From a virus (lineage: Duplodnaviria; Caudoviricetes), in IMG/VR virus record IMGVR_UViG_3300021086_000017, positions 1 to 24,879 of that record: a stretch of DNA of 24,879 bases; one strand, written 5' to 3'. The position numbers and the translations under genes are program-made. Position 1 is the first letter of the stretch. Every line of letters begins with the position of its first letter. Shown piece by piece: positions 1 to 7,561 of the stretch. A model generated the notes under the pieces. It was not told the origin of the DNA. It made no database searches and saw nothing but the letters and a program-made list of their open reading frames with translations.

Positions 1-109
1 ACACTTCCCTCAGACTTTCTAAGCTTTCGAAACAAGAGGGCTGAGCCGACGCCTGCCATGGCACTACCAAGAACAGTAAAGAGACCACGGCGAGTACTAA
101 GTTTCTCAT
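1..109 (-). CDS. Secreted/periplasmic protein, runs off the window (N-terminus MRNLVLAVVSLLFLVVPWQASA|QPSCFESLE...)
   Basis: Hand-translated. ATG at 109 overlaps the upstream TGA (ATGA), with AGGA upstream. Classic Sec signal: basic n-region, hydrophobic core, ASA cleavage motif. Confidence 0.6.
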   Translation of the reverse strand, partial: MRNLVLAVVSLLFLVVPWQASAQPSCFESLESLREV

Positions 110-261
110 TCATCTGATCCTTCCTTTCTGGATATCCTTGAAGGGACTAATTTATTTTCTTTGAGTAATTTACAATCAGGTAAAAATCTATCTTTTCTTT
201 TAGGGCAGTCACAACTGCCATCAAGTATAACGCAGTCTCTATTAACTAGAAGATCTTTCAT
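106..261 (-). CDS. Hypothetical 51-aa protein with 4 Cys (MKDLLVNRDCVILDGSCDCPKRK...)
   Basis: Hand-translated; ATGA overlaps at both ends (with ung and with the next ORF). Confidence 0.55.
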   Translation of the reverse strand: MKDLLVNRDCVILDGSCDCPKRKDRFLPDCKLLKENKLVPSRISRKEGSDE

Positions 262-935
262 GGTAATTTCCAATCTATAGGATTATAACCTAAAAGATCA
301 TTAATTGAAGAAAACATTCTACTGCCTTTGAATCTCCTAACAGGTGAACCAGGTGGAGGGCGGTAAGAATTAGTACGAGGACTGGGGTGAGATAACTCAA
401 TTGTACTAGAACGGGAGCTGACATAAGGGACAAACCTTCTAGCAACTGATCCGATAAAGATGAATACAATTCCCTTATCGTCCAATCTTTCCATGATTTC
501 TCTCGTGAGGTCATGCCATTCCTCCCAATCATGACTCATAGATTTCCACTGTTCACAAGATGGAATAGCATTCCATAAGAATACTCCTTGTTTAGCCCAC
601 GGAGTTAAATCAGTTGTAGTAGGACTAGGCAAATGAAGATCACAAATGTACTCATCAAAAATATTCCTAAGAGTCGGAGATATCGCTTTCCGTACAACAT
701 CGGGAATAGAGAAAGCAAGCCCCATAGCGAGAGCGGGATTAGGGTAGGGATCTTGTCCAATAATTGCACAACGTACCTCCTCATATGGTGTCAGTTCCAT
801 AGACAAGAACATATCGTCTATGCATGGACAGATGTTATCTTCATACAAAAGAAATTTGTTTTGTACACTTAGCCAATCTGAAGTTTTCCACCAATCCAGT
901 TCACTCCAGTTTTTCATTTCACTCCAGTTTTTCAT
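258..935 (-). CDS. ung: Uracil-DNA glycosylase, family 1 (UNG)
   Basis: IIGQDPY water-activating loop, GLAFS, W-x-x-QGVFLWN, SHPSP motifs; ATGA-coupled to the primase-helicase. Confidence 0.93.
   Translation of the reverse strand: MKNWSEMKNWSELDWWKTSDWLSVQNKFLLYEDNICPCIDDMFLSMELTPYEEVRCAIIGQDPYPNPALAMGLAFSIPDVVRKAISPTLRNIFDEYICDLHLPSPTTTDLTPWAKQGVFLWNAIPSCEQWKSMSHDWEEWHDLTREIMERLDDKGIVFIFIGSVARRFVPYVSSRSSTIELSHPSPRTNSYRPPPGSPVRRFKGSRMFSSINDLLGYNPIDWKLP
900..935. repeat. Perfect 18-bp tandem duplication (TTCACTCCAGTTTTTCAT x2) giving MKNWSE-MKNWSE
   Basis: 900-917 is identical to 918-935. Confidence 0.95.
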
Positions 936-2500
936 GCAGCTTCTCCCAATGTTTGTTGTCCATTATCGTTATCTGCACTGGGGTTCCATTCTGAATACGT
1001 GTACGAAGCTGGGTCAAAGAATAGCTTACCTGCATAACCAGTTCGTCCACAGAACCTATTCTTAGAGACCATGATTGTTGTGGTGTTTCTAATAAGATTA
1101 TCCACATTGGTTAAGTCTCTCTCTAAGTCAATACGTATATCACATATCTTACTTATGTACCGACTACCTCTAGTTTGACCATGATCGTTAACATGTGAGA
1201 CGATGATCAAAGAGAAGTTAAGTTCTTTGACCATCATCTCTAGTCTTGTAGAGATGTAGTCTAGGGCTCGTCTTTCGTCTTCGCCCCCAAGGCCGCTAAC
1301 AGACATAGTAATGTGGTCCAAGATAATATAATAACAAGAGCAGGCAGTGACGAGAAACCGAATTCTGTCCAGAAGTATTTCTGGATCGTCGCTCCCATAG
1401 TGGCTATAGAGGTGAAGACGGTCATCCCTACCCACAGCGTCCATGAGTGCGAGATGTGTCTGATCCACCGTAACACCAGAGTCCGGAAGGTGTGCGGGTT
1501 TCTTAAGATGGAGGCCCGCAATGGCTTGGAGGTGTCGCTGTTTGGTTTCTTCGAGATAGATGGCTCCGACATTTGAGTCTGTCTCCTTTAGTAGGTGATA
1601 TTCTATAGCATGCATGAACTCTGTCTTGCCTACTCCTTCCATTGCCGTGACCAAGACAGACTCTCCTAACCGTATTCCATACGTCATCCCAGTCAGAGTA
1701 GGGAATGGATACGGGACTCCTAACCTAGTAGGTGTTTCGAGAATGGTCTTGAATTCGGAGAATGAGGATATGATGTTCTCAGGTACAAATTTCTTAGCGT
1801 TCCACCATATCTTTCTCAATTCGTCTTCTTCACCATTCTCAAGGTACTCGTTAGCATCCTTCCGTTTGGTAAACTTTACCAGGTAAACTTTGTTAAAGTC
1901 GAAGAGGCGTGCGCAACCAGCGGCAGCGTCGCGTCCTGGGCCATCTGCATCAAATGCCAGATATATTCGTTCGTAGCTGTTGAGCCAGGCCCGAACGCTG
2001 CTACAATCCCGTACAGCGCTAGAGCTGCTACGAACGGAAACAACAGGACCTTTAATGCTTTGATAAAGGGACAACGCATCGAGTTCTCCTTCAGTTATGG
2101 TCACATACTTGTGACCGCCAATCGAGAATTTATCCTGTCCAAAGAGACCAGCTTGACTGATGTCTCCTTTGGTATAGAATTCTTTCTTGGATAAGTCTCT
2201 AATTTTATAACTACCGTTAGGATAAGGATAACCAATAGAAAACGGTTCACCGTCCTCATCTATTTTAGTCTTAACGTTGTAGAATTGCATAGTCTCTTTT
2301 GATACACCACGCCAAGGGAGATATTCATATGTGTAATCTCCCTCAGAATGGCTTCGACCACCATCAACACTGGGACGAAAACTTTGACAACTAAAACAAT
2401 AACTATGCCCATCTGAATACTTGGATAGTGCATCGCTACTACCACAATCTTCACACGGTAAATGGGCTTCTACTAATTTACTTGATACTTCTTGGATCAT
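932..2500 (-). CDS. T7 gp4-like DNA primase-helicase
   Basis: N-terminal Zn ribbon (CEDC...CFSC), TOPRIM (ITEGELD, AFDAD), SF4 helicase Walker A (AMEGVGKT), ILDHI, VSH, RGS, KNR motifs. Confidence 0.95.
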   Translation of the reverse strand: MIQEVSSKLVEAHLPCEDCGSSDALSKYSDGHSYCFSCQSFRPSVDGGRSHSEGDYTYEYLPWRGVSKETMQFYNVKTKIDEDGEPFSIGYPYPNGSYKIRDLSKKEFYTKGDISQAGLFGQDKFSIGGHKYVTITEGELDALSLYQSIKGPVVSVRSSSSAVRDCSSVRAWLNSYERIYLAFDADGPGRDAAAGCARLFDFNKVYLVKFTKRKDANEYLENGEEDELRKIWWNAKKFVPENIISSFSEFKTILETPTRLGVPYPFPTLTGMTYGIRLGESVLVTAMEGVGKTEFMHAIEYHLLKETDSNVGAIYLEETKQRHLQAIAGLHLKKPAHLPDSGVTVDQTHLALMDAVGRDDRLHLYSHYGSDDPEILLDRIRFLVTACSCYYIILDHITMSVSGLGGEDERRALDYISTRLEMMVKELNFSLIIVSHVNDHGQTRGSRYISKICDIRIDLERDLTNVDNLIRNTTTIMVSKNRFCGRTGYAGKLFFDPASYTYSEWNPSADNDNGQQTLGEAA

Positions 2501-3269
2501 GATAATAATATAATTGCCTCCATGTCTTTCTAGGAGTATGAATGGGCATAGGTGTAAAATCTATGTCGTTAATGTAATTGTCAGAGCCATTCTTCCAGCT
2601 ACTATTGTATGGGACAGCTCTACCAAACGGTAAACCTTCTTTATCTTTTTCACCCCACCAATAGAATGGATTACCAATGTAAGCCCATACTTTACGATGA
2701 TGGTGGTACATACCAGAATAAGCTACTTGTTTGTCTCTGGTTAATAACTCTTCTTCATATGGGATATGTATATCTATTCTCTGTCTTATGAACTGTACAC
2801 CATTATCATGATATTGATCAAGTTCATATAGTTTATTTGCCTTGATAACATACACTTCACCCTTTATAATAGCAGAATGAGCATTGTGTTGAGTGCTTTT
2901 TCTTCTTCTAATCTCTCCGTCTTCATCCCTCTCGATTTCACAAGTCCATGCAGGAATACGGCTTAAGATCTGAGGGAACAGAACAATAGGTAAAGCATCT
3001 TTCTTACGATACCAACCATTTACTTCCATAAGAGTATAAGCATCTCCAGCGAAATGTAAATGTTCTAATAATTCATGATCACGTCTACGTTTCATTAAAT
3101 CATTGTAGACAAAAATTACCGCTCCAATTTTATTAGATAGATCAGCTACATCAGGTGTGTTCATTGTCTTACTCATAGCATCCTCAAAGAGTTTAGTATT
3201 TTGTTTAGACAGAATCTCTTCTTCTAAACCTGTCTTCTTCTTAGACCGTAGGTGATGTAACCAGTCCAT
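2478..3269 (-). CDS. Gamma-glutamylcyclotransferase (GGCT/AIG2)-like protein, probably divergent or inactive
   Basis: IFVYNDL (cf. FVYGTL), IKGEVY, LYELDQYH (cf. LDxxE), IRQRI and VWAYI occur in family order. Confidence 0.7.
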   Translation of the reverse strand: MDWLHHLRSKKKTGLEEEILSKQNTKLFEDAMSKTMNTPDVADLSNKIGAVIFVYNDLMKRRRDHELLEHLHFAGDAYTLMEVNGWYRKKDALPIVLFPQILSRIPAWTCEIERDEDGEIRRRKSTQHNAHSAIIKGEVYVIKANKLYELDQYHDNGVQFIRQRIDIHIPYEEELLTRDKQVAYSGMYHHHRKVWAYIGNPFYWWGEKDKEGLPFGRAVPYNSSWKNGSDNYINDIDFTPMPIHTPRKTWRQLYYYHDPRSIK

Positions 3270-3290
3270 CTTACTCTCCGTATTTACTTT

Positions 3291-3512
3291 AGAACACTAT
3301 TACCGGCGAGTTCTGTTTCTTACGTGTCTTCTCGATCCGAACCAATCACAGGACTAGTCTCGGTTCCAGAAACCAATACCGAGGCTATATGAATAATTGG
3401 AAGTGTAGAGATTAAACCCCAGGGGAATGCCGGGGGGCTGCGCCCCTGGGGAACAACAGCTGGGGTGATGTCAGGTCAACTGTTGTTTTTCTCAGTAGTA
3501 GTTGACTAAGAA
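3291..3512 (-). ncRNA. Candidate structured intergenic RNA (abutting hairpins with C-rich loops)
   Basis: Stems 3489-3496/3505-3512, 3452-3462/3477-3487, 3417-3425/3443-3451, 3355-3364/3378-3387; in the first two the imperfections are G-U only on the minus strand. Confidence 0.45.
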
Positions 3513-3543
3513 TTTGTACTTGTTTACCGCATTTGTAATTAAC

Positions 3544-5022
3544 TCACGCGGCAAAAGCACTCTTGCTTTTAGGTTCAGCCTTCTTCTCTAACTCTTCAAC
3601 CTTCTTCTGAAGATGAACCATAATTCCTTGGTTCTCAAAGAATAGACGTTTAGTAGCCCCTGGATTAACCTGTTCAATCAAATCATAACCTTCCGGGTCA
3701 ATCGGGAGAAAGGTTCCAGCCGGTTTCCCAAGTTGCTCGGCAAGTGTTGGTACACTCTTTTCATACTCATTGAGTTTAGCTGGGTCAATGATAAGCTGCC
3801 CTTTTTCATCGCGAGATGAGATGACTCGCGGAAGTAACACCTCAATTTTCTGCCTATCCGAAGGCGGTACAATCATCATAATGCTAGGAGCCTTAGTCTC
3901 AGTTACCTTAGCATCTGAGATAACAGCCGGTGCATCGCTCGTGATAGGTTTAACTTCTGCTACAGGCCTTGCTTCATCACTCCAACGCGCAATTTTGTTG
4001 TCTCGTAACAACGCTTCAGCATTCTTAAGATGAGAATGTGTTAACTTAATAGGGGCTTGTCCCTGTGTCCAATCACCTTTAGCCTTATTCTCATTCTTAG
4101 ATATCTCATTTAAGATACCTGGATAACCATACAGTTTGTACCAATCCTTTCTAGAAGAACGGTTCTTAATGTGACCAGGAGGTACAAACAACATATCTGC
4201 ATACTTAGTCAGATCGTTGTCTTTCTGCGGTACAGAGGGCACAGAAGGCTTCGATCCATCAGGTATATTGTCCGGTAGAGGACTAACTGTAGGTTGTAAG
4301 GGAACCGTAGGTGCAGCCGGGGACGGAGAACCAAACACACTCTTCGAGGATACAGTCGGTTTAGTTGTTGATTTTTCATCATAGCCGAATGCCTGTGAAA
4401 TGTCACCCCAAGGAAAAGACTTCTCTGAGGCTCCTTGTTTAATAGAAAATGGTGTACCAATAGCAGGGACGAATGTAATTTGGAAACGGTTAGTCTTATC
4501 CGCTCTAACGCGAGCAGATATTTCCTTATAAGTATCTGGTTGTTGTAAATCTTTTACTGTCTCAACAAGATTGTACTTATTCTGTTGAAACAACTTAGAT
4601 ATCTTACCAACCAAATAAGTCTGAGCTACAAAGAATGCAGGTGTGTGATGTTGAGGTGAATTCTCAGATAGTTTCTCAAACTCTTCCTCAAACTTCCCTT
4701 CAAGGAAGACGGCCATCAGAGGTTGGTTAGACGAATCTCTCAAAACAACATGTGGTTGATGATCATCTGTGTGTATCTTATCTTCAGCTTTACCATAGAA
4801 GAAGACAGCAGTCTTATCTGCGCACTGCGCATCGTTCTGAGTTTCTTTGGTAATCTCTGTTGCTTCTTCTGGACTTGCTTTCTGCGAATAGTGGAATAAC
4901 CCACCATCTGGTTTAGACATAGCAAATCCAAAACTCCCATCGCATTGTGTTGATGCGATGTTTACGAACTCTTCTGGAATCTTACCATCAGAGTTCTTTA
5001 CGACAATCACACCTGTGTTCAT
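3544..5022 (-). CDS. 492-aa protein; N-terminal domain resembles a degenerate class-II (Ntn) glutamine amidotransferase, followed by a Pro-rich linker and an unknown C-terminal domain
   Basis: GVIVVK..KIPEEF, DGSFGFAM, HQPHV, MAVFLEG occur in the order of GATase-II motifs (C1-I, DGxGxA, xHPF, HNG), but Cys1 is absent; adjacent to the GGCT-like gene. Confidence 0.5.
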   Translation of the reverse strand: MNTGVIVVKNSDGKIPEEFVNIASTQCDGSFGFAMSKPDGGLFHYSQKASPEEATEITKETQNDAQCADKTAVFFYGKAEDKIHTDDHQPHVVLRDSSNQPLMAVFLEGKFEEEFEKLSENSPQHHTPAFFVAQTYLVGKISKLFQQNKYNLVETVKDLQQPDTYKEISARVRADKTNRFQITFVPAIGTPFSIKQGASEKSFPWGDISQAFGYDEKSTTKPTVSSKSVFGSPSPAAPTVPLQPTVSPLPDNIPDGSKPSVPSVPQKDNDLTKYADMLFVPPGHIKNRSSRKDWYKLYGYPGILNEISKNENKAKGDWTQGQAPIKLTHSHLKNAEALLRDNKIARWSDEARPVAEVKPITSDAPAVISDAKVTETKAPSIMMIVPPSDRQKIEVLLPRVISSRDEKGQLIIDPAKLNEYEKSVPTLAEQLGKPAGTFLPIDPEGYDLIEQVNPGATKRLFFENQGIMVHLQKKVEELEKKAEPKSKSAFAA

Positions 5023-5411
5023 GATGAAGATCCTTTAAGGTTAAAAGCAGATTTAGATTGACACATGCCCAGGCGCTGAGCCTTCATCTCTTCAGCTTCT
5101 TTTCTCCTGTCTTCCTTGGTTATAACTCTAGTACGTAGATCAGGTAGATACTTACCAAAGGCAGCATACCAGTTGTTTCTATCTTGCTTACTGATTTCTC
5201 CTTTGTGTTCTTTGTCTTCTATGAAATCGCCTATAACGTCAGCTAACTCAGATTTAAATTTAACAGTTCTTGGGTCTAACTCCATGACCATACTCCTCCC
5301 CAGGAAGGTCATACCTCTGTTAATTCTATCCTTGGGAGGGATGTACGGAGGCCATAGCCAGTGACGTAAGTAAGAGATGTAGAGTCGTACTGGGATAAAC
5401 ATGGTATACAC
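5019..5411 (-). CDS. Hypothetical protein (130 aa)
   Basis: Long ORF immediately after the tRNA; ATGA overlap with the next gene; shares a C-terminal KSAF with the 492-aa ORF. Confidence 0.75.
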   Translation of the reverse strand: MYTMFIPVRLYISYLRHWLWPPYIPPKDRINRGMTFLGRSMVMELDPRTVKFKSELADVIGDFIEDKEHKGEISKQDRNNWYAAFGKYLPDLRTRVITKEDRRKEAEEMKAQRLGMCQSKSAFNLKGSSS

Positions 5412-5417
5412 CTCGAC

Positions 5418-5495
5418 TGGTGCACATAGTGAGACTCGAACTCACACTATAGAGATTTTAAGTCTCTTGCCTCTGCCTGATTGGGCTATATGTGC
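5418..5495 (-). tRNA. tRNA-Leu(UAA) with encoded CCA and short variable loop
   Basis: GCACATA/TATGTGC acceptor + A + CCA; GCC/GGC D-stem; AGAGA-CTTAAAA-TCTCT anticodon arm (TAA at 5460-5458); GTGAG-TTCGAGT-CTCAC T-arm. Confidence 0.95.
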
Positions 5496-5496
5496 T

Positions 5497-5610
5497 AAAA
5501 GCGAGAGGGAGCCGACGCTCGCCTCTCGCCGACGCATCGCGCAATCCCTCTCCCTTCTGAGGGATGCCGCAGGGAGGAGTGCGGCAAGGGAGGAATATTT
5601 ACGCGACACA
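5497..5610 (-). ncRNA. Candidate structured RNA with CUCCUCCC (anti-SD) loop, ending in a terminator-like hairpin + UUUU directly 5' of the tRNA
   Basis: GC-rich island; stems 5566-5571/5580-5585 (loop CUCCUCCC), 5544-5550/5559-5565, closing helix 5599-5610/5533-5544 with G-U pairs, and 5501-5529 hairpin + U4. Confidence 0.55.
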
Positions 5611-5859
5611 TCTAACAGATTGGTTAAGTTTATCAAAAACAGATTGACTTTGTTTAGGTATTATGGTGTCGAGCCTTGGCGAGACGGAAGGACTAGATGT
5701 AAATCTAGGCCATCCTTTAGGAATGTATGGGGCGTATGATCCTGGTCTAGCACCACCGCCACCACACTTATAACAAACATAATCTATCCACTGATGTTGT
5801 GTATATGGCGGTCTATCAGTTCGTCCACCACACTTACAACATGTCTTGATTAACGCCAT
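5599..5859 (-). CDS. Small Zn-ribbon protein (CCKC...CYKC)
   Basis: GGAGG RBS before ATG at 5859 (track start 5886); two CxxC pairs. Confidence 0.65.
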   Translation of the reverse strand: MALIKTCCKCGGRTDRPPYTQHQWIDYVCYKCGGGGARPGSYAPYIPKGWPRFTSSPSVSPRLDTIIPKQSQSVFDKLNQSVRCVA

Positions 5860-5867
5860 GATACCTC

Positions 5868-6323
5868 CTATGTGGTATTGGCCCACTCAATTGTCCCAGC
5901 GAAGAACACACACTCAGCACGTTTGACCGAGTGATAGGTTATAGATCGTTTCATATCTCCCTCTTCCTTATGAAACCAGAACCACATGTTGCCAACAAAA
6001 CACAAATGGTATGCGCCAATAGGTAGCGGTACACCATTAGATAATCTTGGTGCAAACTTTACTTCTTCTGGTTTAATTCTAAGACGTTTGGATTTGTTAA
6101 GAGAAACCTCCCATATAGATTTGCCTATTGTAACAGGCAACGGAGGAGGTGGCCTATTCATATCAGGCCTACCAAAACCCATTGATCTTTCAGGTCTAGC
6201 CGCTTCAGCTTTGGAAGTAGTCTTGGGGGAATATCTTCCCCCATTAATCATTTGAGAACTAAATTTTTTAAGATAACCTTTCTTCATGCCTTTACGTCGA
6301 GGTTTACCCATTAGGGACTCCAT
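5868..6323 (-). CDS. Basic hypothetical protein (true start may be 6311)
   Basis: 151-codon ORF in the early operon with a Lys/Arg-rich N-terminus. Confidence 0.7.
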   Translation of the reverse strand: MESLMGKPRRKGMKKGYLKKFSSQMINGGRYSPKTTSKAEAARPERSMGFGRPDMNRPPPPLPVTIGKSIWEVSLNKSKRLRIKPEEVKFAPRLSNGVPLPIGAYHLCFVGNMWFWFHKEEGDMKRSITYHSVKRAECVFFAGTIEWANTT

Positions 6324-6483
6324 ATCTTAGTAAAGTATCTGGCATAACATTACCATGTTCGTTAATTTCTTCGTCTTCAGAGAAGAAACATGGTTCGCAC
6401 AATATATGACATGAACCATATATTGCAGACTCCCCTGTTGTACAACAAGGTAGAATGGTCTCCTTACATCGAGCACATTTCAT
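6304..6483 (-). CDS. 59-aa Zn-finger protein (MKCARCKE...LCEPCFF), not in the ORF track
   Basis: Hand-translated; TAATG overlap with the upstream ORF, AGGA RBS, CxxC...CxxC. Confidence 0.7.
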   Translation of the reverse strand: MKCARCKETILPCCTTGESAIYGSCHILCEPCFFSEDEEINEHGNVMPDTLLRYGVPNG

Positions 6484-6680
6484 TACATCCTCCTCTCAAT
6501 GATCATGAATTTAAACTGTGGGTAATGTTTCTTATAATAAAGAAAGAAGTAGAAAGCGTTAGTTATGTCCATCCAGCATAAACATAATGGATTACCAGTA
6601 TCTTGTCGAGCTACGTTGAAGTTTCCTTCAGCCATAGGTGGCCTTAGTATGCCAACTATTTCTTCGATCTTATCCATCAC
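6483..6680 (-). CDS. Hypothetical protein (65 aa)
   Basis: GAGGAGG RBS; first gene after the 6703-6731 promoter. Confidence 0.7.
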   Translation of the reverse strand: MMDKIEEIVGILRPPMAEGNFNVARQDTGNPLCLCWMDITNAFYFFLYYKKHYPQFKFMIIERRM

Positions 6681-6702
6681 TTCCTCCTCTCATTGTACCT
6701 AC

Positions 6703-6731
6703 AGTATAGCACACCCAATCCCTTAAGTCAA
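6703..6731 (-). promoter_or_regulatory. Sigma70-type promoter TTGACT-N17-TATACT
   Basis: -35 at 6731-6726, -10 at 6708-6703, 17-bp spacer, intergenic and upstream of an RBS. Confidence 0.85.
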
Positions 6732-6745
6732 GCAGGGATTGGGCT

Positions 6746-6758
6746 TAAGTCATTGATT
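6746..6758 (-). promoter_or_regulatory. IHF consensus site (AATCAATGACTTA = WATCAANNNNTTR)
   Basis: Perfect consensus match 14 bp upstream of the -35 box. Confidence 0.55.
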
Positions 6759-6760
6759 TG

Positions 6761-6994
6761 TCACGCATTCCAGGAAATGCACCTGAATTTAGAAACTCGT
6801 TGAGCTATTTTCCTTGATTCTTTGAATATGTATTTACAAAGATCACAATCAGTTTCTCTAGTTGACAAGGTAAATTCTTGTCTTTGAACACGAATACCAC
6901 ATAAAGTTTTACCTGAGTGGTATCCTACGTAGTAGCCGTTTTGTATGGCGTAATGAAGATGTTTCAAGTAAGTTCTTCGTGGTGTCCATGACAT
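6761..6994 (-). CDS. Small putative Zn-binding protein (H...TLCG...CDLC)
   Basis: GGAGG RBS; His/Cys ligand pattern. Confidence 0.7.
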   Translation of the reverse strand: MSWTPRRTYLKHLHYAIQNGYYVGYHSGKTLCGIRVQRQEFTLSTRETDCDLCKYIFKESRKIAQRVSKFRCISWNA

Positions 6995-7138
6995 TTAATT
7001 CCTCCCGTGTCTGATCAGATCTATAATTGTAGCGATTGCAGCCATGGTTATGGTGATACCAAAGACACCAAGCAACAACCAGATACCTTGTTCCCACAAG
7101 GGAAGTGTATTGAACCAGTAGATGAGATCATTTAGCAC
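6995..7138 (-). CDS. 47-aa single-pass membrane protein (MLNDLIYWFNTLPLWEQGIWLLLGVFGITITMAAIATIIDLIRHGRN), not in the ORF track
   Basis: Hand-translated; GGAGGAGG RBS + GTG; fills the gap between neighbours; hydrophobic helix. Confidence 0.7.
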   Translation of the reverse strand: MLNDLIYWFNTLPLWEQGIWLLLGVFGITITMAAIATIIDLIRHGRN

Positions 7139-7140
7139 GC

Positions 7141-7377
7141 TTACCTCCTCCCAAGTTGTGTTTTAGTGGCTTCCATCTCTGTTATCCACTTGGGTAACAT
7201 ACCAACTGGGTATTTAGCACGTTTGCCTCCTCCTAAGAAACCTACTTGTCTGTAGTACTTACGTAGACTAGGAGTCAACCTAATCTCAAGTTTAAGTTCT
7301 GTGAGGGTCTTGTGTGCTATAGTATCACGATTGTAACCAGGACTATTGAACACGTAAGTTTTACCTATTGCTTTCAT
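7141..7377 (-). CDS. Basic hypothetical protein (78 aa)
   Basis: GGAGG RBS, tight packing. Confidence 0.7.
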   Translation of the reverse strand: MKAIGKTYVFNSPGYNRDTIAHKTLTELKLEIRLTPSLRKYYRQVGFLGGGKRAKYPVGMLPKWITEMEATKTQLGRR

Positions 7378-7378
7378 G

Positions 7379-7561
7379 TCATCCTCCTAAGATACGTTCA
7401 CACCACTCTTGTATTTCTTCAATCTCTTTCTTACTGAAGAGTATTTCTAATCCGTCTTTCCGTTCAATAAACTTAAAATACAAACGAGGATCTTTGTTTA
7501 AACCAGTATACAAATCAAACTCTTCTTCTTTGAAGAAGCCTGTTATTTTCATGTTACCCAC
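7379..7561 (-). CDS. Hypothetical protein (~57-60 aa)
   Basis: GGAGG upstream, tight packing. Confidence 0.65.
   Translation of the reverse strand: MGNMKITGFFKEEEFDLYTGLNKDPRLYFKFIERKDGLEILFSKKEIEEIQEWCERILGG

Noticed and set aside
5418-5495. tRNA as a prophage attachment site
   Set aside because: No integrase, repressor or duplicated tRNA 3' end; phage genes continue on both sides.
5644-5675. Plus-strand TTGACT as a promoter
   Set aside because: No -10 hexamer at 16-18 bp spacing, and no sense gene downstream.
5401-5739. Track ORFs 5401-5739 (+) and 5442-5636 (-)
   Set aside because: They overlap the tRNA and the structured RNA; shadow ORFs.
6909-7097. 62-aa track ORF
   Set aside because: The alternative frame 6995-7138 has a strong RBS and fits the gap exactly.
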